Virus record (IMG/VR): IMGVR_UViG_3300050187_000003
Location: 11,576-75,575 of that record
Source: a virus
Taxonomy: Duplodnaviria; Heunggongvirae; Uroviricota; Caudoviricetes
DNA: 64,000 nucleotides
Direction: 5' to 3' (one strand)
Shown here: positions 8,487-17,548 of the stretch, one piece after another
How the letters are laid out: every line of letters begins with the position of its first letter
Numbering within the stretch: position 1 is the first letter of the stretch
Made by a program: the position numbers and the translations under genes
Notes under the pieces: model-generated
Told to the model about the DNA's origin: nothing
Databases searched by the model: none
What the model saw: the letters and a program-made list of their open reading frames with translations, nothing else

Positions 8487-9250
8487 CAGGTGTAGATGTA
8501 GTTGTCGGCCGCCGTGTCCGCGCTCTGGCCGGCGGCGGTGGTGACCCGCACGGCGACGGTGCCGGTGCCGGCCGGGGCCACCGCCACGATGTGCGAGTCC
8601 GAGACGACATCCCACTGCACGACCGCAACAGCGCCGAAGTCCACGTCGGTGACACCATCCGTCCCGTTGGGCATGAAGTGCTGGCCGAAAATCTCCACGA
8701 GGGTGCCGCCGGCTTCCACACCGGTTGCCGGGTCCAGGCCGGTCACCGTCGGCAACAGGGAGCCGGCCGGGTTGGTGATGTCGGCCAGGCCGCCCTGGCC
8801 CTGGAGCACGATGTCGAGGGTGTCGCGTCCCTTGCCACCCGGCATCGACCAGGACTTCACATAGGCTCGGCCTTCGTGGTTGTGGCCGTCGTCCAGGCCC
8901 TCGCGCTCGTAGAACCGGACGCCGAACTCGGCCTGCTCCACCCGGCTGGCGCGGTGGGCCTTGAATTGTGCGCGGAGGAACGCTTGGACGGTGTCGACCG
9001 CGGTCTGGGCTAGGTTGGTGCTGTAGGCGAGCTTGATCTCCAGCCGCCAGTTGTAGCCGGTGTTCGTCTCCCGCATCGCCCCCGCATCCGAGTACATTTC
9101 GTCTTCCTCGGTGCGCATCTCTTCGATGAGCTTCGCCTCTTCGACTCCGAACAGCTGGTTGTAGGCCGACGCCGGGTAGATGGCGGTGTCGAGGTCGATG
9201 CGGTGTGACCGCGCGAGCTGGGTCACGCGGGTGGTGGGGGTCGTCGCCAT
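8486..9250 (-). CDS. major tail protein with C-terminal Ig-like (Big-type) domain
   Basis: 254 aa. C-terminal segment ...DVDFGAVAVVQWDVVSDSHIVAVAPAGTGTVAVRVTTAAGQSAD is characteristic of Ig-like domains on major tail proteins. Strong RBS AGGAGAG upstream. Confidence 0.6.
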   Translation of the reverse strand: MATTPTTRVTQLARSHRIDLDTAIYPASAYNQLFGVEEAKLIEEMRTEEDEMYSDAGAMRETNTGYNWRLEIKLAYSTNLAQTAVDTVQAFLRAQFKAHRASRVEQAEFGVRFYEREGLDDGHNHEGRAYVKSWSMPGGKGRDTLDIVLQGQGGLADITNPAGSLLPTVTGLDPATGVEAGGTLVEIFGQHFMPNGTDGVTDVDFGAVAVVQWDVVSDSHIVAVAPAGTGTVAVRVTTAAGQSADTAADNYIYT

Positions 9251-9311
9251 GACGCCTCGCTCTCCTGGTTAGACGGAGAGTCGAATCACCCGACTCCCCT
9301 TACGAAGGTTG

Positions 9312-9327
9312 CAGCGCGCATGCGCTG
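9312..9327. other. intergenic hairpin (CAGCGC-gcat-GCGCTG) upstream of the major tail gene
   Basis: Seen directly in the 122-bp gap between the tail terminator and major tail genes. No T-run follows, so it is an RNA-processing or stability element rather than a terminator. Confidence 0.3.
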
Positions 9328-9372
9328 GACGAATGTTGCTCGCCACGTGATGGCCACCCCGCGCCAAGGGAA

Positions 9373-9810
9373 TCAGTCTAGTCGATGCGCGGTGGCCCTC
9401 ATCGCCTCGATGTAGAAATTCTCGGACCGAGACCACCGCCCGTTCGTGTCGGTGCCGAGGCTGGTGTACGACTGCCGCCACATGTCCACGATGGACACGC
9501 CGTTGAGGGTGCGCCGGCCGGAGCTGTCGAGCAGGTCGAACACCTCGTCCGCCAGGTCGTCGCAGTCGCGCGGATCGGTGCCGGCCCGAACCCGGATCTG
9601 GACGGCGGACAGGTGATCCTGCATGCCGCGCAAGGGGGTGCCGATCGGGTACGGGGCGAGGGTGATCAGCTTGTCCGGGGCCTGCGGGATGGCCCGGATG
9701 ACGATGGCGGTCTCGGCGTCCAGGTAGGCGCCGGTGGGTCGCCAGTCCCCGACGCCGGCGGCGTCGAGATGCTCGGCCAGGCCGGTCAGGAGGTCGGTCG
9801 TCCAGCCCAT
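9373..9810 (-). CDS. tail terminator protein
   Basis: 145 aa immediately upstream of the major tail gene, in the position and size typical of siphovirus tail terminators. Confidence 0.45.
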   Translation of the reverse strand: MGWTTDLLTGLAEHLDAAGVGDWRPTGAYLDAETAIVIRAIPQAPDKLITLAPYPIGTPLRGMQDHLSAVQIRVRAGTDPRDCDDLADEVFDLLDSSGRRTLNGVSIVDMWRQSYTSLGTDTNGRWSRSENFYIEAMRATAHRLD

Positions 9811-9811
9811 C

Positions 9812-10207
9812 TCAGCCTCCCAGCGGCTCGCCGGCGGCCTTCGCGATCAGGGCCAGCATGACGTCGCGTTCCTCGTGCATCGGCAGTTCGAGGTACTTGG
9901 CCTTGCGGCCTTCGTCGTGGCGGAGCGTCTGGTCTTCGTGCTGGCGTACCGCGTAGCTCCGATCGAAGCTGACCGCTGTTGCGCCACGGGCGTCGTCGCG
10001 GGACACCTCACCGCTGCGTTCGAGGTCGCCCTCCTCGTGGGGCACCAGCTCGCTCGACACCTGGAGCAGGTGTTCGGCGGCCAGCTCCAGCCCGTCCATG
10101 GTGGCGTCGGCGAGGATTGCCGCGATGCGGTCGCCGTTCCACTCCAGATCCAGCGCCATCGCGTCACTCCAGGCTGATTTCGAGGTGTTCGGGCAGCCCA
10201 AGGCCAT
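9812..10207 (-). CDS. head-tail joining protein (HK97 gp10-like, tail-attachment)
   Basis: Segment MALDLEWNGDRIAAILADATMDGLELAAEHLLQVSSELVP resembles the HK97 gp10 family. Position in the connector gene block supports it. Confidence 0.4.
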   Translation of the reverse strand: MALGCPNTSKSAWSDAMALDLEWNGDRIAAILADATMDGLELAAEHLLQVSSELVPHEEGDLERSGEVSRDDARGATAVSFDRSYAVRQHEDQTLRHDEGRKAKYLELPMHEERDVMLALIAKAAGEPLGG

Positions 10208-10511
10208 GGTCCGTCAGCCGGGACACGGCGAGCACCCGGGCGGCGGGACGATCAGGCACGGTGACTCTGCTCCCGGCCGGGCAGACCGTGTCCACCGGGG
10301 CGAACACGGTGCTGCTGGAGACCTGCTCGGCGCCGGCGGCGTCCTGGGTTTGCACCCGGACGAGCCGGCGGGTGTCCTCCACCACGCACGGCGTCACCGG
10401 TACGGCCGCGGCGAACACGTCGCCGAACGCCCCGGACCCCTGGTACGCCTGCACCTGCACGGTCGCCGGGGAAGGGATCGACGATACGCAGAACTCCTCC
10501 CACGTCGTCAC
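10164..10511 (-). CDS. head-tail adaptor / head closure protein
   Basis: 115-aa ORF in the connector block between capsid-side genes and the tail terminator. Confidence 0.35.
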   Translation of the reverse strand: MTTWEEFCVSSIPSPATVQVQAYQGSGAFGDVFAAAVPVTPCVVEDTRRLVRVQTQDAAGAEQVSSSTVFAPVDTVCPAGSRVTVPDRPAARVLAVSRLTDHGLGLPEHLEISLE

Positions 10512-10521
10512 AGCGCCTGCC

Positions 10522-11205
10522 TCACCATGTTTGTGGGCCGCCGCCGGTCAGTCCGGCCTGTTGCAGCAGTCGCCACGCCTGCGGGGACCAGTCGCCGCGC
10601 GGCCCAACCCCCGCACCGCCGGTACCGCCCAACGTTTGACGCTGTACCGCCAGCTTCCCAAGGGTGAAACTGGCGGGGCGGCCGGCGCCGACCAGGTTGG
10701 TGTCACCGGAGGCGCGTGCCCAGTCCGCCTGCGCGCACGTCGCGTCCAGCAGCGCTGCGATCACCGCGGCGGCGGTGGGCATGCCGTCGTCGTCGACGTC
10801 GTAGCAGGCGGTCAGCAGCATCTCGTCAACCAGCCTGCTTGCTTCGGCCAGGGCGCGGCGGGCACCAGATGGTGGTGCGGCACGCAGCCAGGTGGCCAGA
10901 TCAGCGGTGCTGGCGTACACGCGGGCACCGGCGGGCACGGCGGTCGGGTCAGGGGCGACGAGCACGGTGTTGCGTTGCTTGCCGGTGCCCGTGCCCGTGA
11001 CCGTCCACCGTTCCAGCCACTCGCCGGCCGTGGTCAGCTCAAATGGGTTGCTGGCCCAGGTGGCACCACCATCGGAGCTGGCAACCGCCGGGGCTGTGGT
11101 GGTGCCATCCGGGGCGATCACGGCGAGGGTGACGGCGGTGGTGGCGTCGAATGGCACCACGGTGAGCGTGGCGATGCGCCAGTCGCCCACGTCGGGCTGG
11201 GTCAC
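10522..11205 (-). CDS. hypothetical head-tail connector-region protein
   Basis: 227 aa, Ala/Thr-rich, within the structural operon. Confidence 0.35.
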   Translation of the reverse strand: MTQPDVGDWRIATLTVVPFDATTAVTLAVIAPDGTTTAPAVASSDGGATWASNPFELTTAGEWLERWTVTGTGTGKQRNTVLVAPDPTAVPAGARVYASTADLATWLRAAPPSGARRALAEASRLVDEMLLTACYDVDDDGMPTAAAVIAALLDATCAQADWARASGDTNLVGAGRPASFTLGKLAVQRQTLGGTGGAGVGPRGDWSPQAWRLLQQAGLTGGGPQTW

Positions 11206-11214
11206 GGTTGCCTC

Positions 11215-12192
11215 TCAGGTGCCGGATGCGGTCAGGGTTGAGGCGGCCTGCCCGGATGCGGTCAGGGTCGACTGCTGTCCGGATGCGGTCAGGGTGCCGG
11301 GAACCGGCGTCGCGAGGCGGCGGGCCTGGATGACCAGCACCCGGCCGGCGCGGATGACCGGTGGGGCGGTGACGACCAGTGGTGGTGTCGACTCTCCCCC
11401 CACTGGTGGTGGCGGATCGGCGAGACTCGCCCGCCAGATGATCGGCGCCGCCAGCAGCGGTCGCTTCGCTGGCACCACCACCACCAGCGGTGGTGGTGTG
11501 GTGATGTCGGACAGGCCACCGCGCGCGATGACCGCTGGGCGTGGCCGGGCTGACCGGGCCGGTGCGGCGACCACGATCGGCGCCGGCCTGGTCTCGGCCG
11601 GCGGATCGGCCAACGTGGACCGGACGATGATCGGCGTGTTCGGTACGGATCGGCCGAGTCGCGCCGGTGCCACGACCGGCGTGGGACGAACCACCGACGA
11701 CGCATCGAACACCACGTCAGCGAAATAGGACGACTGCTGTCCGGATGTGATCTCCGGAAATCCGTCGCCAACGTGGATGCGTCCGTTGCCATACGGTGAT
11801 CCGGACTGCGGCGCGGTCAGGTTGCCGTTGGTGACGCCCGCTGAGGTGAAGAAGTTCGTGGTCAGCACGAACCGGTCCGGTGTCACGTAGCAGGCCACGT
11901 AGTAGCTGCCCGCGGTCACCGAGACGCCGCCGGCCAGCGCCACCGTGTTCCACGCCGCCGCCGTCAGCGACCCGAACGTGGCCCGCCCCAACTCGACGCC
12001 TGCCGACTCTCCGGTGATCGAGTACAGCAGCCCGACGAACGCCGATGATGGTGCGGTGACCGGCGCGAACACACGAATATGTGTCACGGTGCCGTTCACG
12101 GCTGGTGTCCACACGGTGCCCAGCGTGTATTGCGTGGCGTCGGAGACATCGCCGGCGGCCGGCGTCTGAGTGGTGAAGATCGACTCGGCCAC
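11215..12192 (-). CDS. structural protein with N-terminal DUF4082-like beta domain, Pro-rich linker and C-terminal TLTASGQ tandem repeats
   Basis: N-terminal segment LGTVWTPAVNGTVTHIRVFAP...LLYSITG...SYYVACYVT...NGNLTAPQSGSPYGNGRIHVG fits the DUF4082 pattern. A long PPxV-rich linker follows. The C-terminus is encoded by a 27/30-bp tandem repeat (11215-11300). Confidence 0.45.
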   Translation of the reverse strand: MAESIFTTQTPAAGDVSDATQYTLGTVWTPAVNGTVTHIRVFAPVTAPSSAFVGLLYSITGESAGVELGRATFGSLTAAAWNTVALAGGVSVTAGSYYVACYVTPDRFVLTTNFFTSAGVTNGNLTAPQSGSPYGNGRIHVGDGFPEITSGQQSSYFADVVFDASSVVRPTPVVAPARLGRSVPNTPIIVRSTLADPPAETRPAPIVVAAPARSARPRPAVIARGGLSDITTPPPLVVVVPAKRPLLAAPIIWRASLADPPPPVGGESTPPLVVTAPPVIRAGRVLVIQARRLATPVPGTLTASGQQSTLTASGQAASTLTASGT

Positions 12193-12211
12193 CGGGGCTA
12201 CCTCAGCAGCC

Positions 12212-12682
12212 TCAGCAGCGTTCGAACCACAGCGCGGCCTGCACGTTCACCACGGCGGGCGCCGTGCAACGGATTACGAACCCGTTCGACACCGCACTGT
12301 CCGGGGTGTCGCCGAGCGGAAAATCGAGGATGACCAAACCGCCGTTGGGGGTGAGAGTCCAGTTGTCAACTGGCGTCAACACGGTCGGCTCCGCCGTCCA
12401 GTTCCGGGCCGCGGTGAATCCGGCCACGATCGACCGGCCGTACGCCTGCACAGGCGTGATGCTGGTGGAGTTGGTGCCGGGGCCGTTCGTAGCGAACGTC
12501 GCGACGCACAGCTCTACCAGCACCGGCACCGCCGACGCGGTCACACCGTCGAAACCGATGCGCAGCTTTTTCAGGTCGACGCCGAACGTTGACGGCGACG
12601 ACACACCAATGACGCTCTTCGCTGTCGCGGCGGACAGAGCGACCGTGGTGCCGGTGCTCGCAGTGTATCCAGCTTTAGCCAT
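12212..12682 (-). CDS. hypothetical structural protein (156 aa)
   Basis: Real start MAKAGYTAS... lies inside the longer ORF 12212..13456. Ser/Thr/Ala-rich beta-type sequence. Confidence 0.4.
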   Translation of the reverse strand: MAKAGYTASTGTTVALSAATAKSVIGVSSPSTFGVDLKKLRIGFDGVTASAVPVLVELCVATFATNGPGTNSTSITPVQAYGRSIVAGFTAARNWTAEPTVLTPVDNWTLTPNGGLVILDFPLGDTPDSAVSNGFVIRCTAPAVVNVQAALWFERC

Positions 12683-12750
12683 GATATGCCCATCTGTGGG
12701 TGTATCTCCCGGTCCGGCTGCGCAGCCGGACCGGGAGAGGAGCTGATCGG

Positions 12751-13335
12751 TCAGGTGATGATCACGCGCGGCACGAACGTCTTGGCGGTCGGCGTCGCGA
12801 TCGTGGCCGGCGCCGTGGTGGTCAGCGCCGACCCGGACGAGACGCTGAGGTTGCGCTCGCCGGTGACGACGGCGGGGTGGCCGATCGCCCCCAGCAGCGT
12901 GCACACCGACGTCGAGTTGACCATCACCGACGCCCAGTAGATGCCGGACGTGGTGATCGTCTGCGCTGTGGCGAGGGCGAGGGTCTTGGTGGTGTTCGCC
13001 GCCCACGCGGTCGAGGTCTGGTCGGCGGTCTGCGCGAGCAGCGCCGGCGTCGCCGCGCTGCTGAACAGGGCGAACCACCAGTTGGCGGGGGTTCCCACGG
13101 CGGTCGCCCCCGACCGGAAGGACAGGTTGGTGATGACGTCTCCGGCGTGAAGGTAGACCGCTACGGAGGTCATGACGGCGTCGGCCAGGGCGACGTGGCC
13201 GGTGTCGCCGGCGTCGTCGGTGAGGCCGGTCCGGGGCAGGTTGGACCGCCAGAAGGTGTCCGGCGACGCCGGGTCGGCAGCGTTGAGGTAGCCGAGGGCG
13301 TCGCGGATGTTGCGGGTGTAGCCACCGAGCTGCAT
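12751..13335 (-). CDS. hypothetical structural protein (194 aa)
   Basis: ORF with plausible protein-like sequence downstream of the capsid genes. The overlapping long ORF in the other frame (12212..13456 N-terminal part) is Arg/His-rich junk. Confidence 0.45.
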   Translation of the reverse strand: MQLGGYTRNIRDALGYLNAADPASPDTFWRSNLPRTGLTDDAGDTGHVALADAVMTSVAVYLHAGDVITNLSFRSGATAVGTPANWWFALFSSAATPALLAQTADQTSTAWAANTTKTLALATAQTITTSGIYWASVMVNSTSVCTLLGAIGHPAVVTGERNLSVSSGSALTTTAPATIATPTAKTFVPRVIIT

Positions 13336-13338
13336 CGC

Positions 13339-13701
13339 TCAGTCCTCCTTCGGGCCGAGGATCAGCTCGGCCAGCTCGTCGCGCTTGAACGCGGACGCAT
13401 CTTCGAGGGTGAGCCGCTTCTCGCCGGCCGCCTCGCTGGTCACGAACGCGACCCATGCGTCCTTGGTCGCACCCCGGGCCGGCGGCTCGACCTGCTCCGG
13501 CTCGACCTGCTCGGCGGCGACCGGTACCGGCTCCAGGGTGGTGACCGGCTCGACGCGGTAGTCCTTGCGGCGGAAGTAGGCGAGGGCCTTACGTCCGGCC
13601 GGCATACCGTCATCGACGGTCGCCTCACTCTTGGCGAACGCGACCCCCGCGACGACGCCGGTGAACTCCGGCGTCGGAGTGGTGACCTTGAACAGCGTCA
13701 T
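13339..13701 (-). CDS. hypothetical protein directly downstream of major capsid (head decoration candidate)
   Basis: MTLFKVTTPTPEFTGVVAGVAFAK... The ATG overlaps the capsid stop (ATGA). Confidence 0.4.
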   Translation of the reverse strand: MTLFKVTTPTPEFTGVVAGVAFAKSEATVDDGMPAGRKALAYFRRKDYRVEPVTTLEPVPVAAEQVEPEQVEPPARGATKDAWVAFVTSEAAGEKRLTLEDASAFKRDELAELILGPKED

Positions 13702-14762
13702 CACTGCACCTTGACCTTCCGGAGGACACCGCACGCCTTGGTGTTCTTCAGCACCAGGGCGACCGGACCCATCTCGACCTCGTAGGTCTTGTTCGCGCCC
13801 GGCTCGTTCATGCGCGGCATGTACGTTTCGACCAACGGCTTGCCCGCCACGGCCGCACCGTGAAGCGCGTCCATGCCGAACGTCGCCGCGTAGATGTCGG
13901 TCAGGCCGGTGATGGTGCTGCCGCCTCCACCTTCGTCGGCGTCGGCCGAGTAGATCGATACGATCGGGCTGGAGCCCTGCACGCCGTTGCCGAGGTCGAC
14001 CAGCGCCCAGTCGCCGTAGCGCTGGATCCGTCGGCCCAGGTCGTCCTTGTCCTCGGTGTAGAGGCCGGCCCAGCGGGCGAGGGCCCGGATCCGGGTGACG
14101 CTCTTGGTGTTGCCGAGGAGTGCCTTCTCGCCGGGTGGAACGACGCCAGGAGTGCCCTGGTCGCCGCCGCCGGTCTTGGACGGGGTGATCTCGGCCAACA
14201 TCTCGTCGAGCCGGTCCAGGGCGGCCATCGCAAGGGTCTGGCTGACGATGGTGCCGATGGTCCAGTCGAGGTAGCCGGCCGTGACCCCGTTGTCGAGGGG
14301 GTCGTACTCGGTGGTCGTGCCGGTCAGGCTCTTGTCGAGGCCGTCGAAGCCGAGCGCATTCACGGCGACATCGCCGTTGATCAGCTCCTCCTGCGCCTTC
14401 TGCTGCACCCCGGTGATGAGCTGCTGCATCTGGAACGTGGCTTCGTTCGTGGCGGCCTGGCCGAGGTTGGCCAGCACGCGGTCGACGTTGAAGGATCCGC
14501 CGAGGGGCTTGAGGTCGACGGTGTACCGCTCGCGCGCGGCCTGCCCCGGGGTGTACTCGGCGTTGATCGCCCGGAACTCGGCCCCGCGGGGGGTCGTGAG
14601 TCGGGTGTAGCCGTAGGTAAGGGTCGAGCCGCCGGTGGGGTTGACGGTGTCGTCCCAGACGATGCGGTCCAGAAGCCAGGAGTACCGCCGCAGGTTGTCG
14701 ATGACTGCGAATGCGACATCGTCCTGCACGTTCACCTGGGCCTGGGCGAGGGTGATAGCCAC
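13701..14762 (-). CDS. major capsid protein (HK97-fold type)
   Basis: 353 aa, positioned after the scaffold gene. Sequence features are typical of HK97-like capsid proteins (N-terminal delta-like region, ...GNTKSVTRIRALARWAGLYTEDK..., C-terminal ...PVALVLKNTKACGVLRKVKVQ). Confidence 0.65.
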   Translation of the reverse strand: MAITLAQAQVNVQDDVAFAVIDNLRRYSWLLDRIVWDDTVNPTGGSTLTYGYTRLTTPRGAEFRAINAEYTPGQAARERYTVDLKPLGGSFNVDRVLANLGQAATNEATFQMQQLITGVQQKAQEELINGDVAVNALGFDGLDKSLTGTTTEYDPLDNGVTAGYLDWTIGTIVSQTLAMAALDRLDEMLAEITPSKTGGGDQGTPGVVPPGEKALLGNTKSVTRIRALARWAGLYTEDKDDLGRRIQRYGDWALVDLGNGVQGSSPIVSIYSADADEGGGGSTITGLTDIYAATFGMDALHGAAVAGKPLVETYMPRMNEPGANKTYEVEMGPVALVLKNTKACGVLRKVKVQ

Positions 14763-14790
14763 GGTTGGCTACTCCTGTCCTGGTTGGTGG

Positions 14791-15414
14791 TTACTGCCCG
14801 TTGAGGCGGGCGGTGAGTGCGGCGCCGAGCGACGTGGGTCGCTGCCGACCGTTGTTGCCGCCGCCGTGGTCTGCCCCTTGGCGGGCCGGCCCTTGGCCTC
14901 CCGGGGCAGTGGCGGCGAGTTTCGGGTTGGCCTTGATGGCCTTCTTCATGGCGGCTACGACCTGGTCGTCGTAGTCGGCCGCCTCTGGGTCCAGCTCCTT
15001 GACGGTGTCGCGGAAGGTCGCGGAGTCGATGACGGCCACGGGGTCGGCGCCGGCCTTGTCGGCGTTCTCCCGTACGGCCAGCCTCAGGCTCTTGTCGCGG
15101 AACTTCTGGTCTTTCTGGTCCCGATCGGCTGCGGCGGTCTTGAGTTGTTCGGCCGGGTCTTCGTTGCCGCCGGGGGTGAGTCCGGCCGCTTTGAGGATCG
15201 CGTCGGTCCGCTCCTTGGCGGCCTTCGCCTCCGCCTTGGCTTTCTTCTCGGCTTCGCGGGCGGCGGCGATGCTGCGCTTGGCCCGGTCGGCGTCGAAGTC
15301 GCCATCGATCTTCGGCCCGTCGGCGGTGTCTGCGTCACTGCTGCCGGACTTACCGGCATCGTCGGAGCCTCCACCGTTGTCGCCAGGGTTGTCCGGATCA
15401 TCGTCGAGGTGCAT
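14791..15414 (-). CDS. capsid scaffolding protein
   Basis: 207 aa, highly charged and Ala/Lys/Glu/Asp-rich helical protein between the MuF-like and capsid genes. RBS AGGAGG upstream. Confidence 0.55.
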   Translation of the reverse strand: MHLDDDPDNPGDNGGGSDDAGKSGSSDADTADGPKIDGDFDADRAKRSIAAAREAEKKAKAEAKAAKERTDAILKAAGLTPGGNEDPAEQLKTAAADRDQKDQKFRDKSLRLAVRENADKAGADPVAVIDSATFRDTVKELDPEAADYDDQVVAAMKKAIKANPKLAATAPGGQGPARQGADHGGGNNGRQRPTSLGAALTARLNGQ

Positions 15415-15639
15415 CGATCGGCCTCCTTGAGGCGGTCGCGGGGTTGGGTGGTGCTTGCCGTGGCCTACCTTGAGGTCACGGAGACTCGTCGTCGGCCCGC
15501 GCGGCCGGGCCGACGCCCGGGGGCAGTGGGCGGTTCGGATCCACCGGCGGCCGGTGGTCGTAGCGTTGCGGCTGAGTGGGGGCGGCCTGTCGGCCCTGCG
15601 CCGACGTCGGCCGGTGACGGTCAGGATCAGCAGGGTTGG

Positions 15640-17544
15640 TCATGGTCGGGTCACCTCCACATCGACACGGCGGTACCCGTCCACCACACCATGATCGGCG
15701 ACCACGCGGTACCGCAGACCGCGCTCCAGCATGATTTCGGCCTCGGCGGCGACCTCGCGCGTGGACGCGTCGCCCAGGTCGGACAAGCGGATGGCGCCGG
15801 TGCCGCGGGGGACGAGGAGCCGCATCACGATGCCACCGCGGCCGGGCCCGCGTGGGTGGCCGAACCGTTCGGCGACGGCGGTGTCGGCGGTGCTGGATCC
15901 GTAGGCCCGGTCGGTCCACGTCCAGCCGGTGACGTCCTGGGTGGCCCAGTCCGCGCCGAACGCGGGGGTGGGTCGGAATCCGCGCTCGACGACGACGTCG
16001 CCGTTGAGGTGGGACGCGGCGAGGATGGCGTCCAGTGCGTCGACCTTCTCGGCGATCTCGGCGGTCGTGGCGGAGGCCCGGAGCTGGTCGTTGATGTCCT
16101 GGAACCAGGATCCGCGGTAGTCGGCGAGCGCGTAGGCGGCTGCCAGTCGGGGGCGGCGGTCGAGGCCACCGCCGAGGAGTTCGGGCGCTGGGCCGGTGGT
16201 GAGTCTGATCGGGGCGGTGTCCAGGGCTGCCTGGCGGGTGGCGGCGGCGGCGAACGGGTCGACTGGTGCGGGTGGCGGCGGGCGCGGTGTGACTGGTGCC
16301 GGTCGGGGCGGTGTGGGTGGCGTCAAGTCCTCGGCTTGGATGGGTGAGCCGGGTCCGCCGGTGAGCGGCCGGGGCTGCGAAACACCTGGGCCACCGGTGC
16401 GCGGGCCGGGGATGTTGCCGGCGCCGATCTGCTCGCGGTAGCTCAGCCGCTTCAGCTCGGGGTTGGCGGCGAGGTGCTTGCGCATCTCGCCCTGCCATGC
16501 GCGGACCTTCCCGCGTGCGCCCGCAGCGGCGGCCGGGTCCAGGGCGCTGGCTTCGCGTTCCTTCCACTTCCGGATGCCGCGCTCGATCTCGCGCTGCCGC
16601 TCCTTCGCCCGGTAGCCGTCCGGGTTCTCGGTCGGCCGAGTCGGCCGGCGGGTCGCACCGGGCAGAAACGCCCTGGCGGCATGTGAACAATTTGGGTGGA
16701 ATAGTCCAGCCGCGCGGGCCGCGGCCAGGCTGCCGGCGATGTCCACTGTGACCGTGCCGGCGCCCACCATCGAGGGCAGCTCCACCCGGCCCCGGATGCC
16801 GCCGGAGATGGAAAGGATCTTGCTTTCCCAGGGTCGACATTTTGGACATTCTCGGGGTGAATCGGACACGATGACCGTGTCCACACCGAGGCTGGTCAGC
16901 CGGTCCGTTTGGCCCTGCACAGCGGCCCGCTGCGTGACGGTCCGCGTGGCCATCTCCACATAGGAGGAGAGCCTCCACCGACGACCCGCGCTGTCGACGA
17001 AGGACGTGACACCCTGGTCGACCAGCCGCTGGTAGGCGTGCTGTGCGGCCTGCCTCCGGGTCTGCCCACCGGCGATGCTGACCGCGGTCGCCTGCTGGAT
17101 CACCTCGCGGTAGACGTCGAGCACGTGCCTGAGGACGTTGCTGTGCCGGGCCCCAATGTCGTCGACCAGGGCTGCGGCGAGGGACTCGACCGCAGCCACG
17201 CGGGGCACCTGCTGGATGACCGCGGCGAGCCGGCCCGCGTCCGGGTCACCGCGCAGCAGCGACGCCGGGAGGCCGACCGTGGCCAGGCCCTGCCCGGACC
17301 GGTAGGCGGCGGCGAGGGTGGACCGGATCTGGTCGGCGCCGGCCGCCTGGACGAGGCCGAGGACCCGCTCCGTTGCGGCGCGGAGGGTGGCCAGGGCGCC
17401 GAGTCGGGTGACGGCCCAGTCGGGTGCGTCCATGCCGGCCCGGAGCCGGCGGGTGATCTCCCGCAGGATCGCCTGCTCCGCCTCCTGGTAGAGACCGACG
17501 GTCGACGCCGTCACCGCTTCGATCTGGTCGCCGGTGAGCGCCAT
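15640..17544 (-). CDS. MuF-like minor capsid (head morphogenesis) protein fused to a C-terminal ADP-ribosyltransferase-like toxin domain
   Basis: MuF core segment ...RRWRLSSYVEMATRTVTQRAAVQGQTDRLTSLGVDTVIVSDSPRECPKCRPWESKILSI is followed by a Pro-rich linker. The C-terminal domain carries R/S/E-type ART motif candidates: YRGSW, YGSSTAD (STS-like) and AEAEIM (ExE-like). Confidence 0.55.
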   Translation of the reverse strand: MALTGDQIEAVTASTVGLYQEAEQAILREITRRLRAGMDAPDWAVTRLGALATLRAATERVLGLVQAAGADQIRSTLAAAYRSGQGLATVGLPASLLRGDPDAGRLAAVIQQVPRVAAVESLAAALVDDIGARHSNVLRHVLDVYREVIQQATAVSIAGGQTRRQAAQHAYQRLVDQGVTSFVDSAGRRWRLSSYVEMATRTVTQRAAVQGQTDRLTSLGVDTVIVSDSPRECPKCRPWESKILSISGGIRGRVELPSMVGAGTVTVDIAGSLAAARAAGLFHPNCSHAARAFLPGATRRPTRPTENPDGYRAKERQREIERGIRKWKEREASALDPAAAAGARGKVRAWQGEMRKHLAANPELKRLSYREQIGAGNIPGPRTGGPGVSQPRPLTGGPGSPIQAEDLTPPTPPRPAPVTPRPPPPAPVDPFAAAATRQAALDTAPIRLTTGPAPELLGGGLDRRPRLAAAYALADYRGSWFQDINDQLRASATTAEIAEKVDALDAILAASHLNGDVVVERGFRPTPAFGADWATQDVTGWTWTDRAYGSSTADTAVAERFGHPRGPGRGGIVMRLLVPRGTGAIRLSDLGDASTREVAAEAEIMLERGLRYRVVADHGVVDGYRRVDVEVTRP

Positions 17545-17548
17545 CGGG

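Noticed and set aside
15476-15643. 55-aa Pro-rich ORF (MTNPADPDRHRPTSAQ...) with an ATGA overlap on the MuF-ART stop, in the scaffold-upstream gap.
   Set aside because: The sequence is extremely low-complexity. It is probably a non-coding spacer carrying the scaffold RBS. Kept only as a remote possibility.
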